Shown: in pieces, positions 41,992-55,557 of the stretch
Layout of the letters: each line of letters opens with the position of its first letter
Position numbering within the stretch: position 1 is the first letter of the stretch
Assembly: GCA_951406725.2 (NCBI GenBank)
Contig: OX597837.1
Coordinates: forward strand, 33,356,001 to 33,420,000
Origin: Octopus vulgaris
Lineage: Eukaryota
Direction of reading: 5' to 3'
DNA: 64,000 nucleotides
Notes under the pieces: generated by a model
What the model saw: only the letters and a program-made list of their open reading frames with translations
Told to the model about the DNA's origin: nothing
The model's database searches: none
Position numbers and translations under genes: made by a program

Positions 41992-41997
<6 letters not shown>
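41919..41997 (+). ncRNA. Type I hammerhead ribozyme motif with 20-bp stem I, in a short element between (TA)n tracts (~41851-41997)
   Basis: TATTTTATAGAAGGAGCTTC-CTGATGA-tTTCatttGAAt-GAAA-CAG-ttctagtc-CTG-T-A-GAAGCTCCTTCTATAAAATA; predicted GUA cleavage after 41977. Confidence 0.7.
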
Positions 41998-42039
<42 letters not shown>

Positions 42040-42172
42040 CACACACAAAGAGAAACATGACTGTATTCTCTCACAAACACACAACCGCGTGATTAAGTCA
42101 TTCATGCTAAAAGTTGACAAAACAAGGTACGTGATTAAGTAACAAGTGACATGTGTGTGTGTGCGTGTGCGT

Positions 42173-42204
<32 letters not shown>

Positions 42205-42341
42205 TCACGTATGTGTTTATGCGAAATAGTTCATATGGGTGTGTATGTGTGCGTACACATACATACATACAATATACGTACTATATTAAACACAAACGTT
42301 TTTGTAATACAGTAATTGGGTGTGTGAAATATTTCTCAGAT

Positions 42342-42469
<128 letters not shown>

Positions 42470-42949
42470 CACACACAGAGAGTTAATGTATTAATCGCTA
42501 TATAGACATATGCACAATCTATAAGTGTAACGCATATAGTAATCATATATAAAAATGTGTATGTGTATATATATGTATATATATATAAAGTAATACGCAT
42601 TTAGATAAACTTTATAGTCTACGAAGCCATATGTTGAAGCAAGTACATTAGACACACACAGAGGTAAACATTACATATGCACATAATCCCACACTTATAT
42701 ACACACATACACAATACGCATGTAATTAGAATACGTAAAAGTGTAGAGAGACAGGGCGTGTATATTGAGTATATATATATATATATATATATAAATATAT
42801 ACATATATCTATATCCGCTTGGTTGACTATTGCTTCAAAATAACTCTCAACTTAAACTCATTAGCAATGTGATGACACGTCATAAAAGCACATTTTTGCC
42901 TACATTGACAGTGGGCGGGGTGTACACACATCTATACACACATCCATCT

Positions 42950-42986
<37 letters not shown>

Positions 42987-43427
42987 CACACACACGCACA
43001 CACGGAAGAAATACATGCCAGTGTATATATATATATATATATATAAACAATCCGTGAATAATTTAATAATATAAAAGATGGATTTCAATGTCGCCGGTCC
43101 TAAGATACAGAGATGCACAAGTCATTTCACGTCCATGTCCCAGGTTGGCAAAGGGTCGGACAGTTTAATTAGGGTTTGATGACTGCAAAGGGGTTACACA
43201 TCGATCTCAAGGTTTGCTTTTGGCACGATTTGTACAGTTGGATGCCCTTGCTAACGCCTACACACACACACAAGGAAAGAAAGTGTAATCATTTGATTGT
43301 TGCCCATAAAAGATGGCCCTGGTTGTGTGAAACCAGCCGCAGCAGGATGTAGTTTTACTTTGTGAAACATCATAATGCAAAGACTGGAGCGTACCTAGAA
43401 ATACGTTGACAGTTTGTAATTAGAGAA

Positions 43428-43490
<63 letters not shown>

Positions 43491-43627
43491 AATAAAACTT
43501 GTGTATTTGAGAAAAGTGCATTAATATACACACCTATACACAAATATATATACACACTCTAGTACAGCAGATAAGATATTACATCAACGATATAATAAAG
43601 TGGTATATAGAGTACTTTGTGTGTGTG

Positions 43628-43715
<88 letters not shown>

Positions 43716-43875
43716 GAGAGACAGAGACAGACACACACACATATGTCGTGTGACTGAAAAACATACAGGTGTATATTCATATATGTGCTTGTGAATAATA
43801 TATACCACACAAATCAGTAGCACTGTGTGAATAGTGCTACACATGGCGTAACTTCGAAGTTACTGTCACCCGTCT

Positions 43876-43910
<35 letters not shown>

Positions 43911-44006
43911 TAATAAATAAAATATATGCATATATATAAACATATATGTACGTACCTACCTCTACATGTACATATACACGCATATATGAGTACAGGACAC
44001 CAAAAG

Positions 44007-44067
<61 letters not shown>

Positions 44068-44123
44068 AGATGAGTAATTTTTCAGTTGAATGTTAATTTT
44101 TGTTTATAACTAGACATAAAAAC

Positions 44124-44162
<39 letters not shown>

Positions 44163-44559
44163 AGTACACACACACACATTTAAAACATAATTACACGTGC
44201 ATGAACGTGTGCCAATTACGGTGACTGTCACAACAATATCACTTAGACACACACCAACAGGGAAAAAAAACACTTTCAGATCTGCAATACACACACTAAC
44301 ACAAAAAAATAGATTATATACGCATATATAGATGGATGTGGTGTGTGCAAACGACTATCTGGTGCAGTAATCTGTGGTGTGTATAGGAGTTGTGCAACGT
44401 TGGTATGCGAAGTATGTGTTGCATGGCTGGTATGTATCTGGGTGTTGTAATTGTGTGCACATGTGTGTGTGTGTGAGCGTTGCAGTACGGGTATGTACCT
44501 GTGTATGTTGTAATGGTGCATATACAGGTAGACTAACAGGCAGACGTAGTAGCGGTACC

Positions 44560-44596
<37 letters not shown>

Positions 44597-45748
44597 GTAT
44601 GTATATATATACTGTATATATATATATATACTGTATGTATATATATACTGTATATATATACTGTATGTGTGGGTGTTATATGTGGTGTAAATGTAGGTAG
44701 GAATAGTAGTAAATATGATGTGTGCAAGCATTAGTGGTATCTCTCTTGGTGTATATGTTATAGTACAGCTGTGTCTAATGTGATATCCGTGTGTGTGTGT
44801 GTGTGTGTGTGTGTAATACTTATGTATCTTTTGGTGTGTGTGTGTGTGTGTGTAATACTTATGTATCTTTTGGTGTGTGTGTGTGTATATTGTATTACTA
44901 ATATGTAGCTATGTTGTAGTACAAATATACATCAATCAAATGTACGAGTGTGTGTTGTAGTACTGTTGTATGTAACAGTGTATAGTCGTGGGGTGTCGAA
45001 AATACAGTGGTATCTAGTATGGTATGGTGTGTGTTGTAGTACTGCTGTTCAGCAAGACATATGTATTGTGATGTCATGTGTGTGTATATGCGTTACACCC
45101 TTGTATCCAGTGTTGTATGTATATTGTGGCAGTAGTGCTGTGTCTAGTGTTGTAGTAGTTGTGTATGTGTGTATATTTTGTAGCACTCTTGTTCCTAGTA
45201 TATGTGTGTGTGCGCGCGTTGTGTAGAAAATGCTGTGGTATGTATAATGTATATAGTTGTACTCAGTGTGTGTGTGTGTGTGTGTGTGTATTACATTCTC
45301 GAATCTGGTGTGGTGTGTGTTCTAGTCCTGCCGTGTCCAATGTGGTATGTAATTTATGTAGTATATGAAACACTCGTATCTAGTGTTATAGGTGTCGTAT
45401 GTGGTACGTCTGTGTTGTGGTACGTCTGTGCTGTGGTACTGTTGTATCTGTGATATGAGTTTCATACTAAATGTGTGTGGATGTGTGTGTCACACTCGTA
45501 AGTAATGAAGTGGTTTGTGTTGTAGTCTTCTTGTACCTTGTACGGTGTGGTTGAAGTCTTGCATCTGATTTGATTATATGTTATTAGTATACTAATGTGT
45601 GTGTGTGTGCTGTAGTACTGCAATACGTGTGTGTATGTGTGTGTGTGTGTATAGTGTTGCAGAAGTATTACATAGTATGGTGCTGGTATATGGTGGTAAA
45701 AGACGAATTTAATGGTATGCGTCAGAGCATGTGCTTGCTGCAGCACTG

Positions 45749-45792
<44 letters not shown>

Positions 45793-46114
45793 CACATACA
45801 ACTAAGTAGGTTTAGAAGCTCATATATTCATATAATTAGTAAAAAAACTATCACGGTATACAAAACATCTCGCACTGCAGATGCGCGTAACACAAACAAA
45901 CAATCCCAATTATACACACACAGATACACACACACGCAGCCGTGATGGATATATAATACATTTCGAATATGTATATATATGTATAAACTAATATCTTAAA
46001 ACGACCTTTTGAGAAAGTAGCAGGCATCTCAGCAATAATAGGAAGAACGAAAACAACCTCAACAACATTAATAATAGTGGTACTTGTACCAATAATAGTA
46101 ACATCAGTAATAAT

Positions 46115-46220
46115 AATATATATGCAATATAGATGTGTATATAATACAGAATATATGCATGTACATTACACAGATATTTACAATATAAATATATATTATC
46201 TGCATAATATAAGTGTTTAA

Positions 46221-46261
<41 letters not shown>

Positions 46262-46700
46262 ATATAAATGTGTATATAATACAGAATATATGCATGTACA
46301 TTACACAGATTATATACAATATAAATATATATTATCTACATAATATAAGTGTTTAAATGTATATATATATATAAATCAGGATATACATGTACATAATACA
46401 GATATATACAATATAAATATATATTATCTACATAATATAAGTGTTTAAATATATATATATATATATATATATAAATCAGGATATGTATGTATATAATACA
46501 GATATTTACAATATAAATATATATTATCTGCATAACATAAGTGTTTAAATGTGTATATATATATATATATATATAAATCAGGATATGCATGTACATTACA
46601 CATATATTTACAATATAAATATATATTATCTACATAATATAAGTGTTTAAATGTATATATATATATAAATCAGGATATGTATGTATATAATACAATACAG
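46115..46700. repeat. AT-rich tandem repeat, ~5 units of ~90-135 bp differing in (TA)n length
   Basis: CAATATAAATATATATTATCTRCATAAYATAAGTGTTTAAAT recurs near 46181, 46317, 46409, 46508 and 46611. Confidence 0.85.
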
Positions 46701-47269
46701 GAATATAAAATGCAGTATATATCGATATATTACACATATATAATATACAATACAAATACCTACAAATGTATAAAAATAGACATGTATGTTAAAATTAGAA
46801 GCAAGTTTTTTTTTTTAAATAAGGAATAAAAATGTTCATACATACACACACATGTATTTAATATATATTATATTTCTGTATATGTCCTTTTGGATTCTCT
46901 TTGGGGAAATAATTTCCTATGGTTCGTATTCAAACTGGCTGTGTCGTACAATAATAAAATTATCCGTCTAGGATTGCTATATATATAAATATATACACAC
47001 ACATACACACAGAAATGTGTGCATATATATATATATATATGTGTGTGTGTATACTACATCTAATATAGTCTTCTTATACAGAGATTAATATCTCTTTCTC
47101 CCCTATATTTTCGTATTATTAGATATAGATATATTATAACAATCCTTTTTTGATGAATGGTAGTGGCGAGGAGAGTGTATATATGTATGTATGTATAACA
47201 ATGTGTGTGTGTGAGTGAGTGAGTGCGTGTTGTTTAAAAAGACGTGTTACACCGTCGCTTAAGAAGGGT

Positions 47270-47790
47270 GACTACCACCACCGTCGCCGCCGCCACCACT
47301 GGTACACCACTGCTTCGCTATCGCCGCCGCCGGCACCACTGCTGCTACACTACTTCGCTATCACCGCCGCCGTCACCACTGCTACTTCGCTATCACCGCC
47401 GCCGCCACCACTGCTACTTCGCTATCACCGCCGCCGCCACCACTGCTACTACGCTACTTCGCTATCACCGCCGCCGCCACCACTGCTACTACGCTACTTC
47501 GCTATCACCGCCGCCGCCACCACTGCTACTACGCTACTTCGCTATCACCGCCGCCACCACTGCTACTTCACTATCGCCGCCGCTACCACTGCTACTTTAC
47601 TATCACCGCCGCCGACACCACTGCTACTTCACTATCACCGTCGCCACCACTGCTACATCACTATCACCACCGCCGCCACCACTGCTAGTTCACTATCACC
47701 GCCGCCGCCACCACTGCTACTTCGCTATCACCGCCGCCGCCGCTGCCACTCCTACTTCGCTATCACCGACGCCACCGCCACCACCATCAC
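47270..47790. repeat. GC-rich 29-40 bp minisatellite (CTACTTCGCTATCACCGCCGCCGCCACCACTG)
   Basis: Seen directly; explains the two low-complexity ORFs at 47219 and 47244. Confidence 0.9.
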
Positions 47791-48122
47791 CGCTACAAGC
47801 TTGACTAACAAACACTACCGCTGTCCCCCACCATCACTGTTATGTTGCTATCATCGCCACCACCACCACCACAACTGCTATTTTACTAAACCCGCCGTCA
47901 TCACCATAGTTACCTTACCCTTCCCCACCGCCACCGCCACTACTGTTTTACTATAACCGTCACTCCTGCTCACTTTACCAATCACCACCAGCCCCGCCAC
48001 CATCACCCCCATCACCACCATCATCATCACTACGGCTGCTACTATACTACTACTATTACTACTACTACCGCCACTTCAATCACTACTAATCGTAGTAGCA
48101 TATCACCCTCTAAATATCTATT

Positions 48123-48155
<33 letters not shown>

Positions 48156-48274
48156 CTATATATATATATATATAAACATACATATATATTTATATATATA
48201 TATAAATATATACACACACAAGGGAAAGAGGAAGAGAAGATAGAATGAGTGCTGTTGGTTGAGTTATTACTAAC

Positions 48275-48325
48275 AGTACTATACTACTACTAGTATTAGT
48301 AGTAGTAGTGGTAGATTGGTGTTAC

Positions 48326-48365
<40 letters not shown>

Positions 48366-48416
48366 TTGGTGTTACTAGTAGTAGTAGTAGTGGTAGATTG
48401 GTGTTACTACTAGTAT

Positions 48417-48447
<31 letters not shown>

Positions 48448-48504
48448 TTGGTGTTACTACTAGTATTAGTAGTAGTAGTAGTAGTAGTAGTAGAGTGGTG
48501 TTAC

Positions 48505-48536
<32 letters not shown>

Positions 48537-48745
48537 CGTTTCTGAGGCTATGGCGGTGGAAAAGTTACTACGTTACTACTACAACTACTACTGTTACTGT
48601 TACTGTTACTACTACAACGATGACTACTACCACCACCACCACCACCACCACTACTACTACTACAGAGACGCCGGTCGTGGAGTGGAGGTTGGTGACTGTT
48701 GCTGTTTCCACTCCTCTTACCACCACCACCACCACCACCACTAAT
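48275..48745. repeat. (TAG)n/(CTA)n/(CCA)n compound trinucleotide repeats with recurring GTGGTAGATTGGTGTTACTA spacer
   Basis: Seen directly. Confidence 0.9.
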
Positions 48746-49252
48746 ACAAATAGGTAGAGAAGGGAAGGGAGAGACTACTGCAGCTACTACTACTACTACT
48801 ACTACTATTAATTGTAGGTGTTTATTAACCCCACCCACCCACCCCGAGGTCAGCTTTGATTGGGTTAACTAACATTACGATCAAATGTATTCCAGCCATG
48901 ACCATCCCTGGAAAGACATTACCTACCCAACGTGTCTTTAAACCTTTTTATTTTTTTAAAGATGATAGTGTGAGTTGAGAGAGCGATTTAGCTGCTGTTT
49001 CTAACGGCGACTGACCATGTAGGGTCGGCCCCCGTCACCTCGTTCAACCGGTAAATTGCTGCTCTTGTTGCTACTGTTGTTTAACCCTCGGTCAGCTGTG
49101 ATCTAGGAGACTTATGATCAAAAGGCACTCCAGCCGTGTCACCCCTTTTTTTTTTTTTTATTCTCAGACACAATGTATCCAGGACAACATTATTGAATGT
49201 GCCCTCCCGTTTTCTTAAGGACGGTTGAAGTACGAACTTCAGGGCACTTTTT

Positions 49253-49610
49253 GGCGATCTTTCGTCTCTAGTAGACCTTTCCGTCGATTTCCGTAAAAAA
49301 AATTTTTTTTTTACACATATGGGCTTGCGGGAACTTTTGAAGTAATGAGAGCGAAAGAGACTAAGAGAAAGCGATTGTATGACGAGGGAAGTTCTTTTGA
49401 AGTTACCGTGCATGGGAAGCATTGATGTACATGTGTGTGTGTGTTTGATGGGGTGTGCACGGTAACTTCAAAAGAACTTCCCTCGTCATACAATCGCTTT
49501 CTCTTAGTCTCTTTCGCTCTCATTACTTCAAAAGTTCCCGCAAGCCCATATGTAAAAAAAAAAATTTTACGGAAATCGACGGAAAGGTCTACTAGAGACG
49601 AAAGATCGCC
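49253..49610. mobile_element. Palindromic MITE (358 bp; arms of 160 and 155 bp) with 8-bp TSD, Merlin-like ends
   Basis: GGCGATCTTTCGTCTCTAGTAGACC ... GGTCTACTAGAGACGAAAGATCGCC; TSD CACTTTTT at 49245-49252 and 49611-49618. Confidence 0.92.
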
Positions 49611-49844
49611 CACTTTTTTTTACTTTAAGGCCTCCTCGTTCAACCGGTGACTGCTGCGATCGAAGAGCCTTATAATCAAAAGGCACTCCAGCGGTGACCA
49701 CCCTTTCTTGTTTTTATTTATTTTTTTATTTTGTTATTCTTCTTCAGTCACAGTGACCTAGGATGACAATACGCAATGTGTTTTCCGGTTTTTAAAACGA
49801 TACAGATAGGGATTTGGTAGACGGAAACTGAAAGAAGCCCGTCG

Positions 49845-49877
<33 letters not shown>

Positions 49878-51660
49878 ACTTGTGTGTCTGTGTTTGTCTC
49901 CCTAGCATTGCTTGACAACTGATGCTGGTGTGTTTATGTCCCCGTCACTTAGCGGTTCGGCAACAAGAGACCGATAGAATAAGTACTGGGCTTACAAAGA
50001 ATAAGTCCCGGGGTCGAGTTGCTCGATTAAAGGCGGTGCTCCAGCATGGCCGCAGTCAAATGACTGAAACAAATAAAAGAGTATGAGTTGATGTATGTAT
50101 GGCTGCTATTTCTAGCACACTGAGTGACAGCGTCAAGGTTCCTTCGTAGCTGCATATATATCATGGTGACAGCGGCGATGGTGACGACCTTGTTGTTTTT
50201 ACTTACCACCTGATGACACAATCCCGGCTGCAGCAGCAGCAGCAATTAATTTTATCCTATTAGCAATATTACTAATTATTGCTTATCTATTTCCGGAGTC
50301 AGAGCTAACTGATCCACCAGAAAATACAATCGGATGTGCTCCAGATGTGACCATCACTTGTCTGACTAAATTATCACAGTTACTTCTATGTGTGATCCTG
50401 TACAATAGCGTCGTAAATTATTTATTGTGCAAAAAATGTTTTCTTTTTCTTTTTCCTTCTTTTTTCGTTATTTTTTCGGGAGTTCTTGTTTTAAGCATCG
50501 TAAATTATGGTTCTGCAAAGAAGAAAATTGGAATTTTTGTAGATATTTTTTTGTTTCGCTTTTCACCTTCTTAAGGATTTTCAAAAGTCTTTTACTTGTG
50601 TCAGTCATTATTACACTGCGGCCATGTTGGGGCACCGCCAATTTTTAGACGAATGAATCAGCCCTAGTACTTTTTTTTAAAGCCTAGTACTTATTCTATC
50701 GACCTTTTTTGCCGAACCACCAAGTTACGGGAAGAAAAGCATCATTTTTAAATGAATATAACATCCACATGTTTGTGTATTTTAATTTTATTTAGTCTTA
50801 CTAAGTAAAGTAATGAAACCAAAACAAAACAAAATAACGATTCGAGCAGACAGACAGACAGACAGACAAGAGGTCACTGCGGTGACTTTAACCTTTCATT
50901 TCCATTTAGAAATAGGATTTTATGATGAGGAGGGCAACGCTTAGTTTCGTTTCGTTTATTTTTCTTTAATTTCAGGTTTTTTATGCAACTTCGAAATTAA
51001 AATTTCAACGGAAAATGAAAATTTTAAAAACTTTCTGAGATTATATGTTTCCGTCTTTTTTTTTTACTTTTACTTTGAAAAATTCAACTCTTCTCTTCTT
51101 ATAAAGCTTAATATTCATATATATAAACTTATAAGCTAACTTATTATTTACTTTATAGATTTCTTTTGCTTTTCCTTTACAAATGATATAAAAAGAAAAG
51201 TGAATTTTATGTTAACAAATTCGTTTCGTCAATCGTACGGCCTCATTTTCCCCATTAAAATCGGTTGCCACAGCTTTCCGTCTGGATCAGTGCAATATTT
51301 TCAGCAGAAGATAGACCTGGAACCCAGAGAACTGAAGAAAGCTATCCAAGAAATAGGTACGGAAACTTGCTCAAAATGGCTCTGGTTGATAAGAGACTAC
51401 AAGTGGAACCATTCCGTAGGTCAGGGGCCATGAAACTTTTTTTTTAAATTAACCCAACGCCGACGTTACTCCCTTGATTTGAAAGGAAGAAAATCAGATT
51501 CCTTGAATTCAAAAGGTTTATTGAATCTATTTATATGGAAAATACAATTATAAATATTAAAAAAATAATATACAACAAATGTAATAAAATAAATTAATAT
51601 CATTATGAAACAAAAGGATTTTTCTAGAAACTTTTTCACTTCAGGTTTTGGAGAAATGAT

Positions 51661-53310
51661 TGTAGTGTAGACTTGAGGGAAATTCCTCTTTCCCCTTTAT
51701 TGTATAATCGTGCATTCGAACGTAGCAAGTAACAGCTAGCCTTTGGCCGCTATTCGGATCCCGTTGTGTCTGCTACTCTGATTTGTTGGTACTGGTGTAA
51801 TTTGTCTCTTAATTGTGCCAACTGCCGCGTATAATTAAGATCACGTCAGAGTCATCAGTTTGTAAAGAGCCATTCTTGTCACCTCACAACACACAGTCCT
51901 TACAAATTGGTGACCTGACATGATTCAAACATGCACCTCAGCCATCTAAAAACTGGTGACCCGACTTAGAAGACGCACCTCGTTCACTTACTAAGTAGTG
52001 ACCCCCTCAAGAACAAAGATCTTCAAATTCTTTGTTCAGTGCCAGCTTTCATTTTACTTTCATGACCAACCATTCTTTCTAATTTCACCTCTCCGCTATG
52101 GTATGATCGTTACCAGCGTCGCCTTACTGGCACTTACGCCTGTGCTAGTAGGGTGCCAAGAACACCATCCGAGCGTGATCGTTGCCAGAGCAGCCAACTG
52201 GCTTCCGTACCTGTGGCACATAAAAGGGCACCATTCGAGCATGGTCGTTACCAACATTGCCTCACTGGCACATGTAAAAAGATTCAAGCGAGGTCATTGC
52301 CAGTACTGCCTGACTGGCCCCATTGCTGGTGACATGTAAAAAGCACCCACTACACTCTCAGAGTGGTTGGCGTCAGGAAGGGCATCCAGCTGTAGAAACT
52401 CTGCCAGATCAAGACTGGAGCCATCTGGTTGCCAGCCCTCAGTCAAAATCACCCAACCCATGCTAGCATGGGAAACGGACGTTAAACGATGATGATGCTA
52501 CAGAAATATCTTCCTTTTATTGTCTATTTTGTCACCAACAAAAGGACTGGCGGTGAGGGGTTATCTGTAGTGTTACAGGCAAATGAAATTCCTCTCTCCC
52601 TTCATTATCATCATCATCATCAGTTAATGTCTGCTTTCCATGCTGGCATGGGTTGGACAGTTTGACTGAAGGCTGGCGAGTCAGAAGGCTGCACCAGTCT
52701 CCAATCTGATCTGCCAAAGTTTCAACAGCTGGATGCCCTTCCTAATGCCAACCACTCTGAGATTACACTGGGTGCTTTTAAGTGCCACCGGCACGAGGGC
52801 CAGTCAGGCGGTACTGGCATCAGCCACACTCAAATGGTGCCTTTTATGTACCACCTTCACAGGAGCCAGTCCGGCAGCACTGGCAACAACCACGCTCGAA
52901 TGGTGCCTTTTTTACGTGCCACCAGTACGGGAGCCGGTGAGCTGCCCTGGCAATGATCACACTTGATTGGTGCTTTTACTGTTCCACTGGCACAGGTGCC
53001 AATCAGGCGGTACTGTCATCGGCCCATGACAGCAATTTCACTTGCCTCAACAGATCTTCGCAACCATAGTTTATTGTCCAATGACTGAAGGGTACCCTTT
53101 ATTATATATATGTGCGTTTGAACATAATGGGTAACAGCTAGCCTTTGGCCGCTGTTTGGATTCCATTGTGTCCCCTATTCTGATCCGTTGGTGTTGGTGC
53201 AATTTGTCTCTTACTTAATTGTGCCAACTGCTACATATAACTAAGATCATGTCAAGGTCACCAATTAGTAGGGAGTCATTCTTGTCCCCTTGCATCACAC
53301 GGTCCCTACA
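51661..53310 (+). mobile_element. Small non-coding LTR retroelement (TRIM-like): LTR1 51661-51904, LTR2 52566-53310 (interrupted), tRNA-Trp PBS, purine-rich tract
   Basis: Both LTRs start TGTAGTGT and end (T/C)TACA; shared body GTAACAGCTAGCCTTTGGCCGCT...TTAATTGTGCCAACTGC; PBS TGGTGACCTGACATGATTCAAACATGC at 51908; GGACTGGCGGTGAGGGGTTATC precedes LTR2. Confidence 0.75.
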
Positions 53311-54343
53311 GGATATTTCATTTTTGTTACAATTACATCAAAATTGGGCATTTTGATGCCAGAACAATTTGGATACAGTCTTCAGGGTTTAATCCATTTC
53401 GTTAAAGAGCTGGACTTAATACTTACTTAAATCTACTTAAACAAAGCAAAAAATAAGGTTAAGGTGGATAATTGACAATTGACAAATAATATCTGTTTAG
53501 TCACTAGAGAATGCTTTAGCAACCAAATTGTTGTTCAAAATGAGGTGACGTCTCCTAAGCACCTCCTTTTACATTGTAGTTAATCTTTTACTGTTCTAGA
53601 TTTTTTGTTTGTGTTGTTTTTTTAGAGTTATCGTTATGGTTGGGATTGGTACATACTATGTGCTAGTTTATTTGTTGTTGAGAAATTTGCCAACCTATAA
53701 GACGTGGGAGGTCTTTTTGCAGCACCATGTCTTTGTGAAAGAAAACAAAATATATGTTTGCAACAACGAAGATTCATTTTTGTTGTTTAGCCCCAGGTCA
53801 AGCCATTGACAACTGACAATTTTGTGAACTCAGTTCTTTTATTTCAACCTAACCTGGAGACGAGAGGGCATGTCAGCAATGAGATTGAGAATGTTTCTGT
53901 GATGGATGAGTGTGTGCTACTGAAGAGCAGAAATGACCACAAAATATTGATATCTGTCCCCCTCTCTCTCTCTCACTTCAAGGGTGATTTTGTTTCACTT
54001 ACTTTTGAGGTATGCTGTGTTTTTAAAGGCAACACATCTCCAATGGGCTCTCCTCTGCATGAAGTACTGCAGCTACACAGCATTTAATAACACATTAATT
54101 ATGTCATATTGGTTTCATATTTTAGCATGAGGCCAGCAATTTCGGGAGAGCGTGTAAGTTGATTACATCAACCCCAGTGTTCAACAGGTACTTATTTTAT
54201 GGACCCCAAAAGGATGAAAGGCAAAGTCAACGACAGTGGAATTTGAACTCATAATGTAAAGATAGATGAAATGTCAATAAGCATTTTGTCCACCATGCTA
54301 ACCATTTTGCCAGCTCACCGCCTCATTAAGTATGTCACACTAG

Positions 54344-54428
<85 letters not shown>

Positions 54429-54959
54429 CAATAATAAATCTCTGATATATATATATGTATAATATATATTTTATATATATATAGGAGCACTCTGTCAGTT
54501 ACAAGGGTCCCAGCTGATATGATCTACAGAACAGCTTGCTCGTGAGATTAACATGCAAGTGGCTGAGCACGCCACAGACGCATGTACCCTTAACGTAGTT
54601 CTCAGGGAGATTCAGTGTGACACGGAATGTGACAAGGAGTGGGCCTTTGAAATAAAGATACAACTCATTTTTCTCAGCTGAGTGGACCGAAGCAACGTGA
54701 AATAAAGTGTCTTGCTTAAGGACACAATGCATCACTGGGACCTGAACTCACGACCTTACAATTGTGAGCTGAATGCCCAAGACACTAAGCCATGTGCCTT
54801 GGAGTGGCTGTGTGGTAAGTAGCTTGTTTACCAACCACATGGTTCCGGGTTCAGTCCCACTGCGTGGCACCTTGGGCAAGTGTCTTCTACTATAGCCTCG
54901 GGCCGACCAAAGCCTTGTGAGTGGATTTGGTAGACAGAAACTGAAAGAAGCCCGTCGTA

Positions 54960-54998
<39 letters not shown>

Positions 54999-55557
54999 AT
55001 AAAACGGTAAGATAACAAAAGAAAGAAAGAGACCTCAATATTATGTAAATAGAGGAAATTTATCTATACAATATGTTACATTACTCGGTAGTCAAGATAA
55101 AACTCTGAGTTTCAGATGCCGAAGTGGAAATCCACAACACCATCTCTTCGGTTATCTGGCTATTTGAAAACGTTATGAAAAAATACCGTTAAAAATGAAG
55201 GGAAATTACTCTGTTATAACTCTGCTTTGCCTGCGTACTTATACATCGCTCGCATTTTTCGTCATAAAAATTATATAAAAATACATAAAAATATATAAAA
55301 ATATATAAAATCTTCTTGGGACATAACACAGAAAGCATGTTCTATCCGTTTTCTTTAGGGGACCAAAAACGTAACAGAAATTTAGTCACATGTGGGCATG
55401 ATCCGAAAAGTTCTGTCCTTGTATTTAGACATGTGGTAGGGTCTAAGCTGCTTTTCCAGATAAGCCATCTCTCCATGTCGCATAAACCGCACCTTCCGCT
55501 GCCGTTAGTATAGGGCTTACATCTGGCCAAAAGAGTTTCCTATAAGCATGGTTAACT

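Noticed and set aside
47219-47956. 245-aa Pro/Thr/His-rich ORF
   Set aside because: Minisatellite translation with no splice or domain evidence
51305-51375. Possible plus-strand 52-nt exon, or a CTGAAGA..GAAA motif
   Set aside because: Peptide unrecognisable; helices and the UH site are missing for a ribozyme
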